Source: Desulfomonilia bacterium (GTDB lineage Bacteria; Desulfobacterota; Desulfomonilia; UBA1062). Taken from it: a DNA stretch of 64,000 nt. Positions 49,571 through 58,773 of this stretch are shown piece after piece. The stretch covers positions 384,001-448,000 of the forward strand of contig JBEKDT010000001.1 of NCBI GenBank assembly GCA_050014195.1, in the 5' to 3' direction. The position numbers were made by a program, and so were the translations under genes. The first letter of the stretch is position 1; each line of letters starts with the position of its first letter. A model generated the notes under the pieces. That model saw only the letters and a list, made by a program, of their open reading frames with translations, was not told where the DNA came from and searched no databases.

Positions 49571-50356
49571 TCACCGGCCGGAAAAGCTCGGCTTACGTCT
49601 CTCCAGCATGGCATCGATCCCTTCACGGGCATCATGTGTCCTGCCTGCCTCCATGATCCCGAGCCTTTCCTGCTCGAGCTGGTTTTCCAGGAGGGGGAGC
49701 ATGGCACGGTTCAGGTTCTCCTTGGCAATGGCAAAGGCCGCAAGGGGTCCCTTCACGATGCGCTGAACCTTCTCAATGGTCTTCTTCTCCAGGTCGGCAT
49801 CATCTACCACCTCGCCCACCAGGCCGATCTCATACGCCTTCTTGGCATCAATCATGGGGTCTGTGAAGATGAGCTCGGATGCCCTTCCGAACCCGATGAG
49901 GAGCGGCACGTTCAGGCTCCAGGCCCCGTCGGGCGTCAGGCCCACCGAGGTATATGCCTGGCGGAAAACGGCCGATGCGCCGCAGATCCGCAGGTCGCAG
50001 GCTGCCGCAATGGACAGGCCCGCGCCCATACATACCCCGTTGATCATGGCGATCACCGGCTTATCCATCCGTCTGATACCCGAGATGAGGGGGTTGAAGA
50101 GCTTGGTCATCTGCCTGGTGGTATCGCCGATGTCCTCCGACTCCCTGAAGGCCGCAACATCACCACCTGCACAGAAGGCTTTACCCGAGCCGGTGATTAT
50201 GACCGCCTTGGTTGTGTCATCATCCCAGCACACCTCAAGGGCCTTCAGGAGATCTGCCGTGAGTTCGAAGTTCAGCGTGTTCATTTCCTTGAGCCGGTTC
50301 ATTCGGATAATGGCAAGGTCATCCGATTGATCGAGAATGATGGTCTTAAAGTCCAT
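49571..50356 (-). CDS. Enoyl-CoA hydratase/isomerase family protein
   Basis: AFCAGGD, KPVIAMING..MGAG, ACDLR, GLTPDGA. Confidence 0.92.
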   Translation of the reverse strand: MDFKTIILDQSDDLAIIRMNRLKEMNTLNFELTADLLKALEVCWDDDTTKAVIITGSGKAFCAGGDVAAFRESEDIGDTTRQMTKLFNPLISGIRRMDKPVIAMINGVCMGAGLSIAAACDLRICGASAVFRQAYTSVGLTPDGAWSLNVPLLIGFGRASELIFTDPMIDAKKAYEIGLVGEVVDDADLEKKTIEKVQRIVKGPLAAFAIAKENLNRAMLPLLENQLEQERLGIMEAGRTHDAREGIDAMLERRKPSFSGR

Positions 50357-50624
50357 AGAGCCTCCTCGTTATCATTATGCAAACCGACACTTGGGTAACT
50401 CATGCCCTGAATCAGCATATCTTTATACACCCCTTTGGATGCAAAACAAGCCTGCATAACCTCTCGAAGGGAATTATTTGATCAGATTGTTACGTATGCC
50501 AAAACGATGCCGAGTCCTGTCGGATAAGACTAATCCTGCAACACAGGAAACCACTTCGAAATACCATGGTACACATATTTTAATAATCTAATGAAATTAT
50601 TGTGGAATTAATCTTTCGAAAAGT

Positions 50625-50640
50625 TGGTATAGGAATTGTA
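50625..50640 (+). promoter_or_regulatory. Possible sigma54 promoter TGGTATAGGAATTGTA
   Basis: GG-N10-GT (non-consensus -12), AT-rich region upstream. Confidence 0.4.
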
Positions 50641-50689
50641 AGTACCCACCCCATGTCAATAATCTTTATTTTTGATGAGGAGCTCATAT

Positions 50690-50965
50690 ATGTACAGGAA
50701 GAAGAACCGCGATGAGGTTTCAAAAACAAAGGAATTCACTGCTATCGACCCGTTGTACGATCTCATCGAGATCATGGGTGACCATCTCGTTCGAGTTTAT
50801 GAGCACAGGGAGAAATCAAGAGAACAAATAGGTAGCTATAAACAACCCTGCCAGGACCGCCTGATCGTCGAAGCGATAGCTGAATTCCTTATGACAGGCA
50901 AGTTCCAGCTCAGATGCCCGATCAACGAGTGGGAAAATGTCAGTGTGGGAAGGTTTGAACGCTGA
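50690..50965 (+). CDS. Hypothetical 91-aa protein
   Basis: SD GAGGAG before ATG 50690; stop is adjacent to the ferredoxin SD. Confidence 0.6.
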   Translation: MYRKKNRDEVSKTKEFTAIDPLYDLIEIMGDHLVRVYEHREKSREQIGSYKQPCQDRLIVEAIAEFLMTGKFQLRCPINEWENVSVGRFER

Positions 50966-50975
50966 GGGAGACTTT

Positions 50976-51170
50976 ATGAGCAGGGTTGTCTATCTTGTGG
51001 AAGAAGAATGTATCGGATGCGGAATGTGTCAGGATACATGCCCGGAGGTGTTCAAGCTTAACGAGGAAACCAACGTTGCCGAGGTCATCAAGCCTGAAGG
51101 AGGCCCTGAAGACCTCATCCAGGAGGCCATCGATTCATGCCCTGTCGAATGCATCCATTGGAAGGAATGA
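50976..51170 (+). CDS. Monocluster [4Fe-4S] ferredoxin
   Basis: CIGCGMC...CP and CPVECI; 64 aa, acidic; SD GGGAG. Confidence 0.92.
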   Translation: MSRVVYLVEEECIGCGMCQDTCPEVFKLNEETNVAEVIKPEGGPEDLIQEAIDSCPVECIHWKE

Positions 51171-51242
51171 TCGCATCCATATGCGGGCTTGCATGGCTTC
51201 TATACATGCCGGCCACTTTGAGATTGAGATAGAATTCCTCTC

Positions 51243-51659
51243 TTACTCACCGATGATTTTCACCAGCACCCGCTTTTTCCGCCTCCCGTCGAACTCACCA
51301 TAGAAGATCTGTTCCCAAGGTCCAAAATCGAGTTTACCATCAGTGACTGCCACGACCGCTTCACGTCCCATGATCTGGCGTTTCAAATGTCCGTCCGCAT
51401 TATCCTCACCTACATTATGGTGGTACTGAGAAACAGGGCCGTGAGGAGCGAGCTTTTCGAGCCATACTTCAAAGTCATGGTGCAAACCACCCTCGTCATC
51501 ATTGATGAACACACTGGCTGTGATGTGCATTGCATTCACCAGCACGAGACCTTCCTTTACGCCGCTTTCTTTCAGGCACTGCCTTACTTGAGGTGTGATG
51601 TTGATGAACTCGACACGTTTGTCCGTGTTGAACCAGAGTTCCTTGCGAAAGGAATTCAT
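51243..51659 (-). CDS. yjbQ: YjbQ/UPF0047 family protein
   Basis: [31 protein letters not shown]. Confidence 0.9.
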   Translation of the reverse strand: MNSFRKELWFNTDKRVEFINITPQVRQCLKESGVKEGLVLVNAMHITASVFINDDEGGLHHDFEVWLEKLAPHGPVSQYHHNVGEDNADGHLKRQIMGREAVVAVTDGKLDFGPWEQIFYGEFDGRRKKRVLVKIIGE

Positions 51660-52114
51660 CGTTTATCCCCATCATGCCTTCTTAACTCCATTGCCCATGA
51701 GGATACCATTAACCCTTCGTGAAACAGCACTCCTCGGTTTTCGTACTGTTCCGGTTCAAGCTGCCGAAGGTATTCCATCCCTGTAGAGGCCCCGTCCTCT
51801 GAGCTGAATGCGGATAGAATGGAATCTCCTACAACGGCATAAACGCCATACAGCGTCCCAAGGGTGGGGTTCCGCGAGCACCAGGTAGTCGTAAGGCCGT
51901 CTCTTTCAAAGGGGACAATCTCATAGTGATTCGTAAATTCCAAGCGGTTCTCTCCGAGCATCTTCATGGTACCTTCATTCACCCATAGATCGCCCTGGTG
52001 AATGATGCTCACTGTTCCTTCAGCCGCAACAGCTTTACCCTGATTATCTATGTACGTGCCTAACGCATGCCATGTTCCCGGGTGGAACAGAAAGGTGTGC
52101 CTCGTGGTTTCCAT
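51656..52114 (-). CDS. Hypothetical beta-rich protein (lipocalin/calycin-like pattern)
   Basis: HTFL..PGTW...G start, alternating beta strands; SD AGGGGG. Confidence 0.7.
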   Translation of the reverse strand: METTRHTFLFHPGTWHALGTYIDNQGKAVAAEGTVSIIHQGDLWVNEGTMKMLGENRLEFTNHYEIVPFERDGLTTTWCSRNPTLGTLYGVYAVVGDSILSAFSSEDGASTGMEYLRQLEPEQYENRGVLFHEGLMVSSWAMELRRHDGDKR

Positions 52115-52314
52115 GTTTGCCCCCCTTATGAGATACTTCATGATGCATAAAAAAATCTAGTCCAGCATCCACACTGGCCTTGGTGATGATACGAGAATAA
52201 TACAGCCGATGTATGAAGCGCAAGTGTTGAACATATTACGTTGCAGCAAAACAGGACAGGAGGACTTGATTATAACAACGGCAATGGAGACAAAAAGTTT
52301 TTGTATCTTGCGGC

Positions 52315-52884
52315 TTACCTTCTTTTCTTATAATCCTTTCCCGAGCAGAAGGCCTTGCCTGCATAGTCTCCAACTTTCCAGTATTGGTTGTCAGGCATGG
52401 TTAAAAGCAGGGGGTCCATCTTCTTGATATCGGGCCTGCCCTCCGTAAGGCATCCCTCACCGGCATAAGCCCCGACAATCTCACCTATGTAGAAGGTATT
52501 GGTAGGGAACTCCATGGTCTTATTGAGCTCGCACTCCAAACACAAAGGGCATTCCTCGATCATGGGTGCAGTTTTGAGCTTGCCGTAGAATACATGAAAG
52601 AGGCCGGCTTTATCGGCCTTCTCGCCTGATACTATACCGCAGTAGTCGGTGATCTCCATCATCTCGGCGTTGGGGAAATTTATGCTGAAAGTCTTAGTCT
52701 CGGCTATGCCTGGACAGGTGTAGTGGTGCCTGCCCACACCCACGCCGATCATCGGCGGATTCGCATTGACCCGGGTGATCCACCCCAGGGCCATGAAGTT
52801 GGGCTTGGCGTTCACCTGGGTTCCCAGGAGGGTGACCGGCATGGGAAAGACAAACGTGTTCGCCCCGATATCCACTTTCTTCAA
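52315..52884 (-). CDS. Flavoredoxin / flavin reductase-like FMN-binding protein
   Basis: PMPVTLLG, NFM..W, DYCG.VSG...DK, AP.IEECPL..EC, YW..G...G.A. Confidence 0.88.
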   Translation of the reverse strand: MKKVDIGANTFVFPMPVTLLGTQVNAKPNFMALGWITRVNANPPMIGVGVGRHHYTCPGIAETKTFSINFPNAEMMEITDYCGIVSGEKADKAGLFHVFYGKLKTAPMIEECPLCLECELNKTMEFPTNTFYIGEIVGAYAGEGCLTEGRPDIKKMDPLLLTMPDNQYWKVGDYAGKAFCSGKDYKKRR

Positions 52885-55800
52885 GCACTCTTCCCCTTCA
52901 GATAATTAATCATGGGCTGAGTGACCAGCGGCACCACCTCTCCTATCATGTGGGGCATGAGGTTGGCAACGACCTTTGGCATGAGCTCAGGCATCTGCTC
53001 GCGCATGTAGTCGGGCATGGGGATGCGCTCGGAGACCTTCTTGAGCATAGTAGGCATGACCTTGGGCATCATCATGGGCAGCAGCCTCGGGAACAGGACC
53101 GGGAACATGGGCTTCATGAGGTCGAGCGCACCCGGAATTTTGCCCATAATGCGCATCATGGGCCCCATGCCGAACGGCATGGCAGAGATGAGCTCGGACC
53201 ACATGGTACCCATGAGGTCGGCGAACCCCTGCGGTGTCATGAGTGCTATCATGGCCTCGAACACGGCCCACTGCTTCTGCACTTCGGGATTGGGATCAGG
53301 GAAATCATACCCCAGGGCGGAAGAGGCGAATCGCGCCAAGTCCACTATTTCGAGCGGCATCTTCTTTTTTTCCGCAGTGACCCGGAACTGGAACTCGCAG
53401 CACGGGCACAGGGCCAGGACCTTCTGGGCTCCGGCATCCAATGCCTCGTTCAGACGCGTCTCCCCGATATCGGCGGCTACCAGGGGCTCCTTGAGGAGGT
53501 TGAGCACGCTCCCGCAGCAGTGCGCCTCGGCATGATGATAATCCATCTCCACGAATTTCACATGGGGGATCGCCTTGATGAGGTCCCGTGGCTCTTCATA
53601 AACACCCGATACACGGCCCATGTGGCACGAGTCATGCCAGGTTACCGTAACCTCTTCCTGCCCCGTATCCGGGAAGGTGAACTCGCCCGATCTGATCTTT
53701 TCCGAGAGGATCTCGCTGTAGTGGCGTGCCGTTATGTCATAATCGATACCCAGCTTTTTAGCCCATGTCGGGTAGACATGTCGCCACATCATATTGCATG
53801 CAGGGCAGGATGTAATAACGGTGTCACTGCCGGCTTCTTTGACAGCCTTAATGTTCCTCCTCATGATCGCTTCAAACACATCCCACTTGCCGGCAACCAG
53901 CATGGGCGTGCCGCAGCAGTTTTCCTTGTTGCCAACATAGGTGAAATCCACCCCTGCCTTATCCAGCAGCCGCACACTCGCCATGCCGATGTCCTCTTCC
54001 ACATAGCTCGCGGTACACCCTGCGAAATAGACGTTCTTGGCCTTTGTGCCGGGGCCGTGCTTCTCCTTGAGGTCTTCTGGGAACCACTTGGCTCGGTCCT
54101 TACGGTAGCCGGCCCATATGTTGCCTTCCTTCATGGCTGCCGCCGACATGATCTCAAAGGGAGGGAAGGTCATCTTCTTTTCCTCATCTACGAGCTTGCC
54201 CCTGAGCTTCATCCAGGAAGGCTCTATGGGAAGCGCTGCAGAGCAACGGAAATTGCAGAGCTCGCAGGTGGTGCAGACCAGTATGGTGTCCACCATCTTC
54301 TGGTTCCACTCCTGCTTGCCTTTCATATACTCCCGCAACCAGTACCACTTGCCCCTTGGGCTCTGGCTCTCCCATCCGCGGCCGTAGAACTGATCACACT
54401 CATCCACACAGTAGCCGCACTGGGAGCAGCTGTAGGCATACCAGGCCACATCAGGCGGGATATCCCGAACATCTTTTTCAGGCCTCTCCCCCACTTCCGT
54501 GATAATGGCATAACTGAAAGGCCTGATGAGCGGCTCGAATATGCTCCCCAGTCTGACGGCAGTCCCGATGAGTCCTCCTCCGAGCACCTTGCCGGGGTTC
54601 AGTATCCCCTTGGGGTCGACCTTCTTTTTGAATGACTTCATCCGGGCAAGGCGGTCTTTTCCGAGGACCGCCTTTGCCTTGTTCTTGAAATAGAGCCCTG
54701 TGGCATACGCTCGTCCGCCATATTTTTCAGCAATCTTCATGACCGTGAGCGACAGAGGGAAGACGAAGTTGTAGCTGAACTTCCGCTCATCGCTCGGGAT
54801 GAATCCGAGGATGACCACCTCGGGCTTGCCGGATGCCGATTTCCTGATGACCACCCCCTCCTTGACCACGGGCTGCTGGATGGTGCTCTCCACCTTCTTC
54901 ATGAAGTCGCCGAAGGAAGACAGCGGGATGACCACTTCGGCGGGTACAAGACTTGGACCCAAGCGCTTCACCACCATGAGCTTGAATCGGTGCTTCCATT
55001 CATGGTACGCAATTTTATCACTCAGGATCTCTGCCTCGCACAGTTTGATGATCTTGCCGAGGCCGCTCATAACCTGCCCTGCGTCCTTCTTACGGAAGGT
55101 GAGCGTGATGATGTAGGATGCAGGCAGGAGCACCCGCTCCTCTGCCGGGTGGCCCCAGTGCTCCATCATAGGTGCCTGGTTCTTCATCTCCGCCATCTTC
55201 GGGTTGATGAACACGATGGACCATATGGGCAGGCCTTCGGATATCATTGCCTCCATGAGCTTCTGGAGGTCATGGGGGTTCGGACAGCCGATGGAGACCA
55301 GATCCATGGGCTCATCAAGCTGTACCTTAATGGTGATCTCGCCGATCAGCCCGGTTATGCCTTCCGCATCACTGATCATATCGAGATCTTTCCCCTCGAA
55401 CACGCTGACCGTACCATCGGGAAGCACGACGCGGGCACTCAGCACGATGTCCCTGAACCAGCCGGCTTCAAACGAACCGAAGCCTGCACCTCCCTGGGCA
55501 AGCCAGCCTCCTGCTGTTGAGCTCGGGTAGCTGGAAGGATAGGTAAGCAGCGTGAGGCCTTTCTTCTTCAGCTCGCGGTCAAGCCCTTCCCAAACAATAC
55601 CAGGCTGGACAGTGGCTGTAAGCTTATCTTTATCGATAGAAAGCACCTTCTTCATGCGGTAGAAATCCACCACGATGCCGTTCTCAACGGGCAAAACTCC
55701 GCCGTAGCCCGAAGAAGCCTTGCCCCTCGGGGTGAGCGGGATATGGTTTTTGGCGGCCCACATCACCAGTTCTTTCAGCTCCTCTTCGCTCTGGGGCTGC

Positions 55801-55961
55801 ACCACGGCATCGGGGGTGGTATCGCCGATCAAGGGCTTGATAAGGCTCGGCATGGCGGCTATGTCATGCCCATAGAGCATTCGCTCCACGTCATCAAAGG
55901 TCACACGGTCCTTGAATTTTTCCTTGAGATATTCTTTATGGGCTTTGCTGAGATTCGACAT
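52881..55961 (-). CDS. FAD-binding + FAD-oxidase-C + 2x[4Fe-4S] + 2xCCG oxidoreductase (GlcD/GlcF-like fusion) with Met/Pro-rich tail
   Basis: TPRG..SS..GG, EG.TG.I, DPKGILNPGK, CSQCGYC, CTTCELC, GC/CCG/SCP.C, HDSCH, CCG, CPCC. Confidence 0.88.
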   Translation of the reverse strand: MSNLSKAHKEYLKEKFKDRVTFDDVERMLYGHDIAAMPSLIKPLIGDTTPDAVVQPQSEEELKELVMWAAKNHIPLTPRGKASSGYGGVLPVENGIVVDFYRMKKVLSIDKDKLTATVQPGIVWEGLDRELKKKGLTLLTYPSSYPSSTAGGWLAQGGAGFGSFEAGWFRDIVLSARVVLPDGTVSVFEGKDLDMISDAEGITGLIGEITIKVQLDEPMDLVSIGCPNPHDLQKLMEAMISEGLPIWSIVFINPKMAEMKNQAPMMEHWGHPAEERVLLPASYIITLTFRKKDAGQVMSGLGKIIKLCEAEILSDKIAYHEWKHRFKLMVVKRLGPSLVPAEVVIPLSSFGDFMKKVESTIQQPVVKEGVVIRKSASGKPEVVILGFIPSDERKFSYNFVFPLSLTVMKIAEKYGGRAYATGLYFKNKAKAVLGKDRLARMKSFKKKVDPKGILNPGKVLGGGLIGTAVRLGSIFEPLIRPFSYAIITEVGERPEKDVRDIPPDVAWYAYSCSQCGYCVDECDQFYGRGWESQSPRGKWYWLREYMKGKQEWNQKMVDTILVCTTCELCNFRCSAALPIEPSWMKLRGKLVDEEKKMTFPPFEIMSAAAMKEGNIWAGYRKDRAKWFPEDLKEKHGPGTKAKNVYFAGCTASYVEEDIGMASVRLLDKAGVDFTYVGNKENCCGTPMLVAGKWDVFEAIMRRNIKAVKEAGSDTVITSCPACNMMWRHVYPTWAKKLGIDYDITARHYSEILSEKIRSGEFTFPDTGQEEVTVTWHDSCHMGRVSGVYEEPRDLIKAIPHVKFVEMDYHHAEAHCCGSVLNLLKEPLVAADIGETRLNEALDAGAQKVLALCPCCEFQFRVTAEKKKMPLEIVDLARFASSALGYDFPDPNPEVQKQWAVFEAMIALMTPQGFADLMGTMWSELISAMPFGMGPMMRIMGKIPGALDLMKPMFPVLFPRLLPMMMPKVMPTMLKKVSERIPMPDYMREQMPELMPKVVANLMPHMIGEVVPLVTQPMINYLKGKSA

Positions 55962-56013
55962 GCTCATGCCTCCTGTGTGCTATCCCGCTGAGTTAATCGG
56001 AGCTGTTCCTGCA

Positions 56014-57303
56014 TTAAAAATACCATGTGAGTCCGAAGTCAAGGCTGTCCTCGCTCAGCGTGGACTTGAGGGAGACTGCCTGTCCGAACGGGTCGGTGCC
56101 GGACTCAGAGATGGTCTTCTCGAAGGCATGCATGTAGCCAAGGTTCATGGAGAACTGCTTGGTGAAATTGTATCCAACACCGCAGGTCACATGCTTTTCA
56201 GCAACGGCCGGGAAACCGATGATCCGGAAGGTCTCATAGTAATAGGCAGGGAATATGGTTCCCTGGACATTGACAGCGCTGTTGGGCATGCCGGTTGATG
56301 GATTGAAGCTCCCATTAAATCCGTTGTGCTCCTCAACAGGGTTTTTCGCATAGTTGAATCCGGCCCTGACAGTGAATTTCTTGATCGGCTCCGCCTTCAG
56401 CCCGATGGCATAGACCAACTGATTTTTCCAGTCAAAATCTTTATAGCCGGCGGCATTCGCCCAGTTCAGCCATTTGACATCTGTCTCCACAAGAAGATTC
56501 ATTGCAGAGGGGATCTCATATGAAGCACCGACCCCAAGCTGAGTGGGTGACTCCAGCTTCAATCTATTCAGGTTGGGCAGGTTGATGTTGTCATGGATTG
56601 TCTCCTGGGGAGAAGTATAGCTCAATCCCAGGTTGATTGAATCCGTGGGCATGAAGATAAGACCCAACTGGCCCCCGGCGGAATAGGCCGGTGAAGTGCC
56701 GTTCCTCAGATCGAGCATTGCATAGTCGATGTGAACTGCCATACCAAGGGAGAGTTTGTCCGTGAGAAGCACACTTAAAGCCGGTGCGAACTTCATGACC
56801 TGCAGTGAGGTATAATCTCCCTGGATGAGAGGTGCGGTTTTCCCTCCCCCGAAATTATAATATGAAGAATTATCAAGTGCCCCACCACGATAATCTACGC
56901 CGAGACCCGTCACGCCATACGCTGCAATCCCGAACCTCCACACAGGAAGCTTATCCGTGATAGGCACGGACAGGCCTATGGCAGGAATGGCATAGACAGA
57001 ACTCGCAGATGAGTCCTCTGCAACTGACCCTGCATGTACGACCTCTGCCTTCACATGGGGCATGAAGAGCGTACCTGCAAAATCAAAGGATGATGACGGG
57101 CAGTACGGGCCGACGCACATGGCGGCAGGGTTGGCGAACACGGCACTGATCGCATCCTGCGGGGCGGCAATGCCTGTCCCTCCCATTGCACGGGCATTGG
57201 GTCCGATGCCGATCAGGTTATCGCCGTTCGTGGCAAAGGCTCCTGAACCAAACGCCATAATGACCAGCAATATGATCGCCGAACTTATTGAACTTCTTTT
57301 CAT
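56014..57303 (-). CDS. OmpP1/FadL/TodX family outer-membrane channel
   Basis: Signal peptide, ATNG....G...RAMGG, NPA motif, C-terminal aromatic WYF. Confidence 0.88.
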   Translation of the reverse strand: MKRSSISSAIILLVIMAFGSGAFATNGDNLIGIGPNARAMGGTGIAAPQDAISAVFANPAAMCVGPYCPSSSFDFAGTLFMPHVKAEVVHAGSVAEDSSASSVYAIPAIGLSVPITDKLPVWRFGIAAYGVTGLGVDYRGGALDNSSYYNFGGGKTAPLIQGDYTSLQVMKFAPALSVLLTDKLSLGMAVHIDYAMLDLRNGTSPAYSAGGQLGLIFMPTDSINLGLSYTSPQETIHDNINLPNLNRLKLESPTQLGVGASYEIPSAMNLLVETDVKWLNWANAAGYKDFDWKNQLVYAIGLKAEPIKKFTVRAGFNYAKNPVEEHNGFNGSFNPSTGMPNSAVNVQGTIFPAYYYETFRIIGFPAVAEKHVTCGVGYNFTKQFSMNLGYMHAFEKTISESGTDPFGQAVSLKSTLSEDSLDFGLTWYF

Positions 57304-57386
57304 AACTTCCTCCTTGTGTTTCTTAAGATATCGATACCTGGCTCATGCAGTGGGTACTCTGGATAAGAATCTCCTTTTACATGGTG

Positions 57387-57722
57387 TTACTTTAAGTTTC
57401 TGTCTATAAAAGCAGCGAGTTTGGCCTTGGGGAGTGAACCAATCTGCGTCCCCCGGACCAGTCCTCCTTTTATGAACAATAATGTGGGTATGCTCCGGAC
57501 TCCGTATTTTCTCGATGTCTCAGGACTCTCATCAACATTCACCTTCACCATATTCACCCGTCCGTCATATTCCTTGGCTATGTCTTCCAGAACCGGTCCG
57601 ATAGCCCGGCAGGGTCCGCACCATGGTGCCCAGAAATCCACCAGGGCAGGGCTTTCAGACTTTATAACAATGGCATCAAACGTGTTATCATCGGCATGGG
57701 TTACATATTGCTTGCTCTCCAT
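57387..57722 (-). CDS. trxA: Thioredoxin
   Basis: DFWAPWCGPC, KVNVDE, SIPTL. Confidence 0.95.
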   Translation of the reverse strand: MESKQYVTHADDNTFDAIVIKSESPALVDFWAPWCGPCRAIGPVLEDIAKEYDGRVNMVKVNVDESPETSRKYGVRSIPTLLFIKGGLVRGTQIGSLPKAKLAAFIDRNLK

Positions 57723-57801
57723 TCTTCGCTCCTTAAAAGTGTTGATTTCTTTTGCACCGGGATTCTTGCTTATGATAACAAGGTCTCATCCCGTGAGGTT
57801 A

Positions 57802-57843
57802 AGCATAAACCAGCTCAGTGGCGCGGTCATTGATCTAGATCAA
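57802..57843 (-). promoter_or_regulatory. FNR-type box TTGATCTAGATCAA with class II promoter geometry
   Basis: Perfect TTGAT-N4-ATCAA at 57830-57843; minus-strand -10 TATGCT at 57802-57807. Confidence 0.8.
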
Positions 57844-57858
57844 CGGAAATAGAAATTT

Positions 57859-58539
57859 ATGGATATACTGAAACAGATTCAGGACATCCCTCTCTTCCAG
57901 GGGCTCTCCAATGATGTATTGGAGGCCCTTTCCCTGCGTGTCCTGATCGGGACGTACCAGCCGGGAGAGGTGATTGTTGCCGAGACGGACCTGGTCAAGC
58001 AGTTCTTTGTCGTTATTACGGGGCAGGTGAAACTTTCCAAGAGCTCGATAGAGGGCAAGGAACAGACCCTGTACCTTTTAGGACAAGGGGAACCTTTCGG
58101 CCTGTGCACCGCCTTTGCCACCCATGACTTTCCCGCCGAGGCCCTGGCGCTCAAAAAGTCCGATATCCTCACCATTCCCGGAGCAGCCGTGGAGGAGATC
58201 GTCATGAAAGAGCCGGCACTCCTCCTGAACATCCTGAAGGTGCTATCCAACAGGCTCAAGGAATCCATGAGCCTCATCGAGTCCCTGGCGCTCAAGGAGA
58301 TCCCCCAGCGCCTGGCCTCATTCATCATCCTCACCCAGCTAAGGGAAAATAAGGACAAAGGCGGCCGGATCGAGTTGTCAATTACCCATCGCGAGCTGTC
58401 GAAGATACTCGGGTCAACACCCGAGGCCCTCTCCCGTGCGTTGAGAAAAATGCAGAACGATGGAGTATTGGAAGTTCAGGGAAGGGTAATCACTATCCTG
58501 AACCACAAGGCCCTGGAGGAACTCTCGGAAGGTGAGTAG
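57859..58539 (+). CDS. Crp/Fnr family regulator (DNR/HcpR-like, no FNR Cys cluster)
   Basis: cNMP-binding fold (GKEQTL..L..GEPFG), HTH GSTPEALSR. Confidence 0.92.
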   Translation: MDILKQIQDIPLFQGLSNDVLEALSLRVLIGTYQPGEVIVAETDLVKQFFVVITGQVKLSKSSIEGKEQTLYLLGQGEPFGLCTAFATHDFPAEALALKKSDILTIPGAAVEEIVMKEPALLLNILKVLSNRLKESMSLIESLALKEIPQRLASFIILTQLRENKDKGGRIELSITHRELSKILGSTPEALSRALRKMQNDGVLEVQGRVITILNHKALEELSEGE

Positions 58540-58773
58540 GACCGGGTAGTACTCTTGATCACAATCCTTGAACTCTATGGTATTGAGTGCGCAGTACCAT
58601 GCCATGATACCTTCTGCTCTTGAATGATCACAGGGTAATAATCACCCAGATGAGTAACATTATTTTTTCGTTGTGGTCTTATAGAACCGATCCAGAAGAG
58701 GTCCGGGTGCTTTGTCCCAGGTGGATGCATCCTAGTCAAAATCCCGCCTTGGGTTTGTCATGGGCTCACTCCT

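Noticed and set aside
52950-54635. 561-aa antisense ORF, and similar ones at 11027-12172, 38948-39889, 46724-47533 and 49634-50398
   Set aside because: They lie opposite well-supported genes and have no motifs; GC-rich codon usage on the coding strand explains the lack of stops
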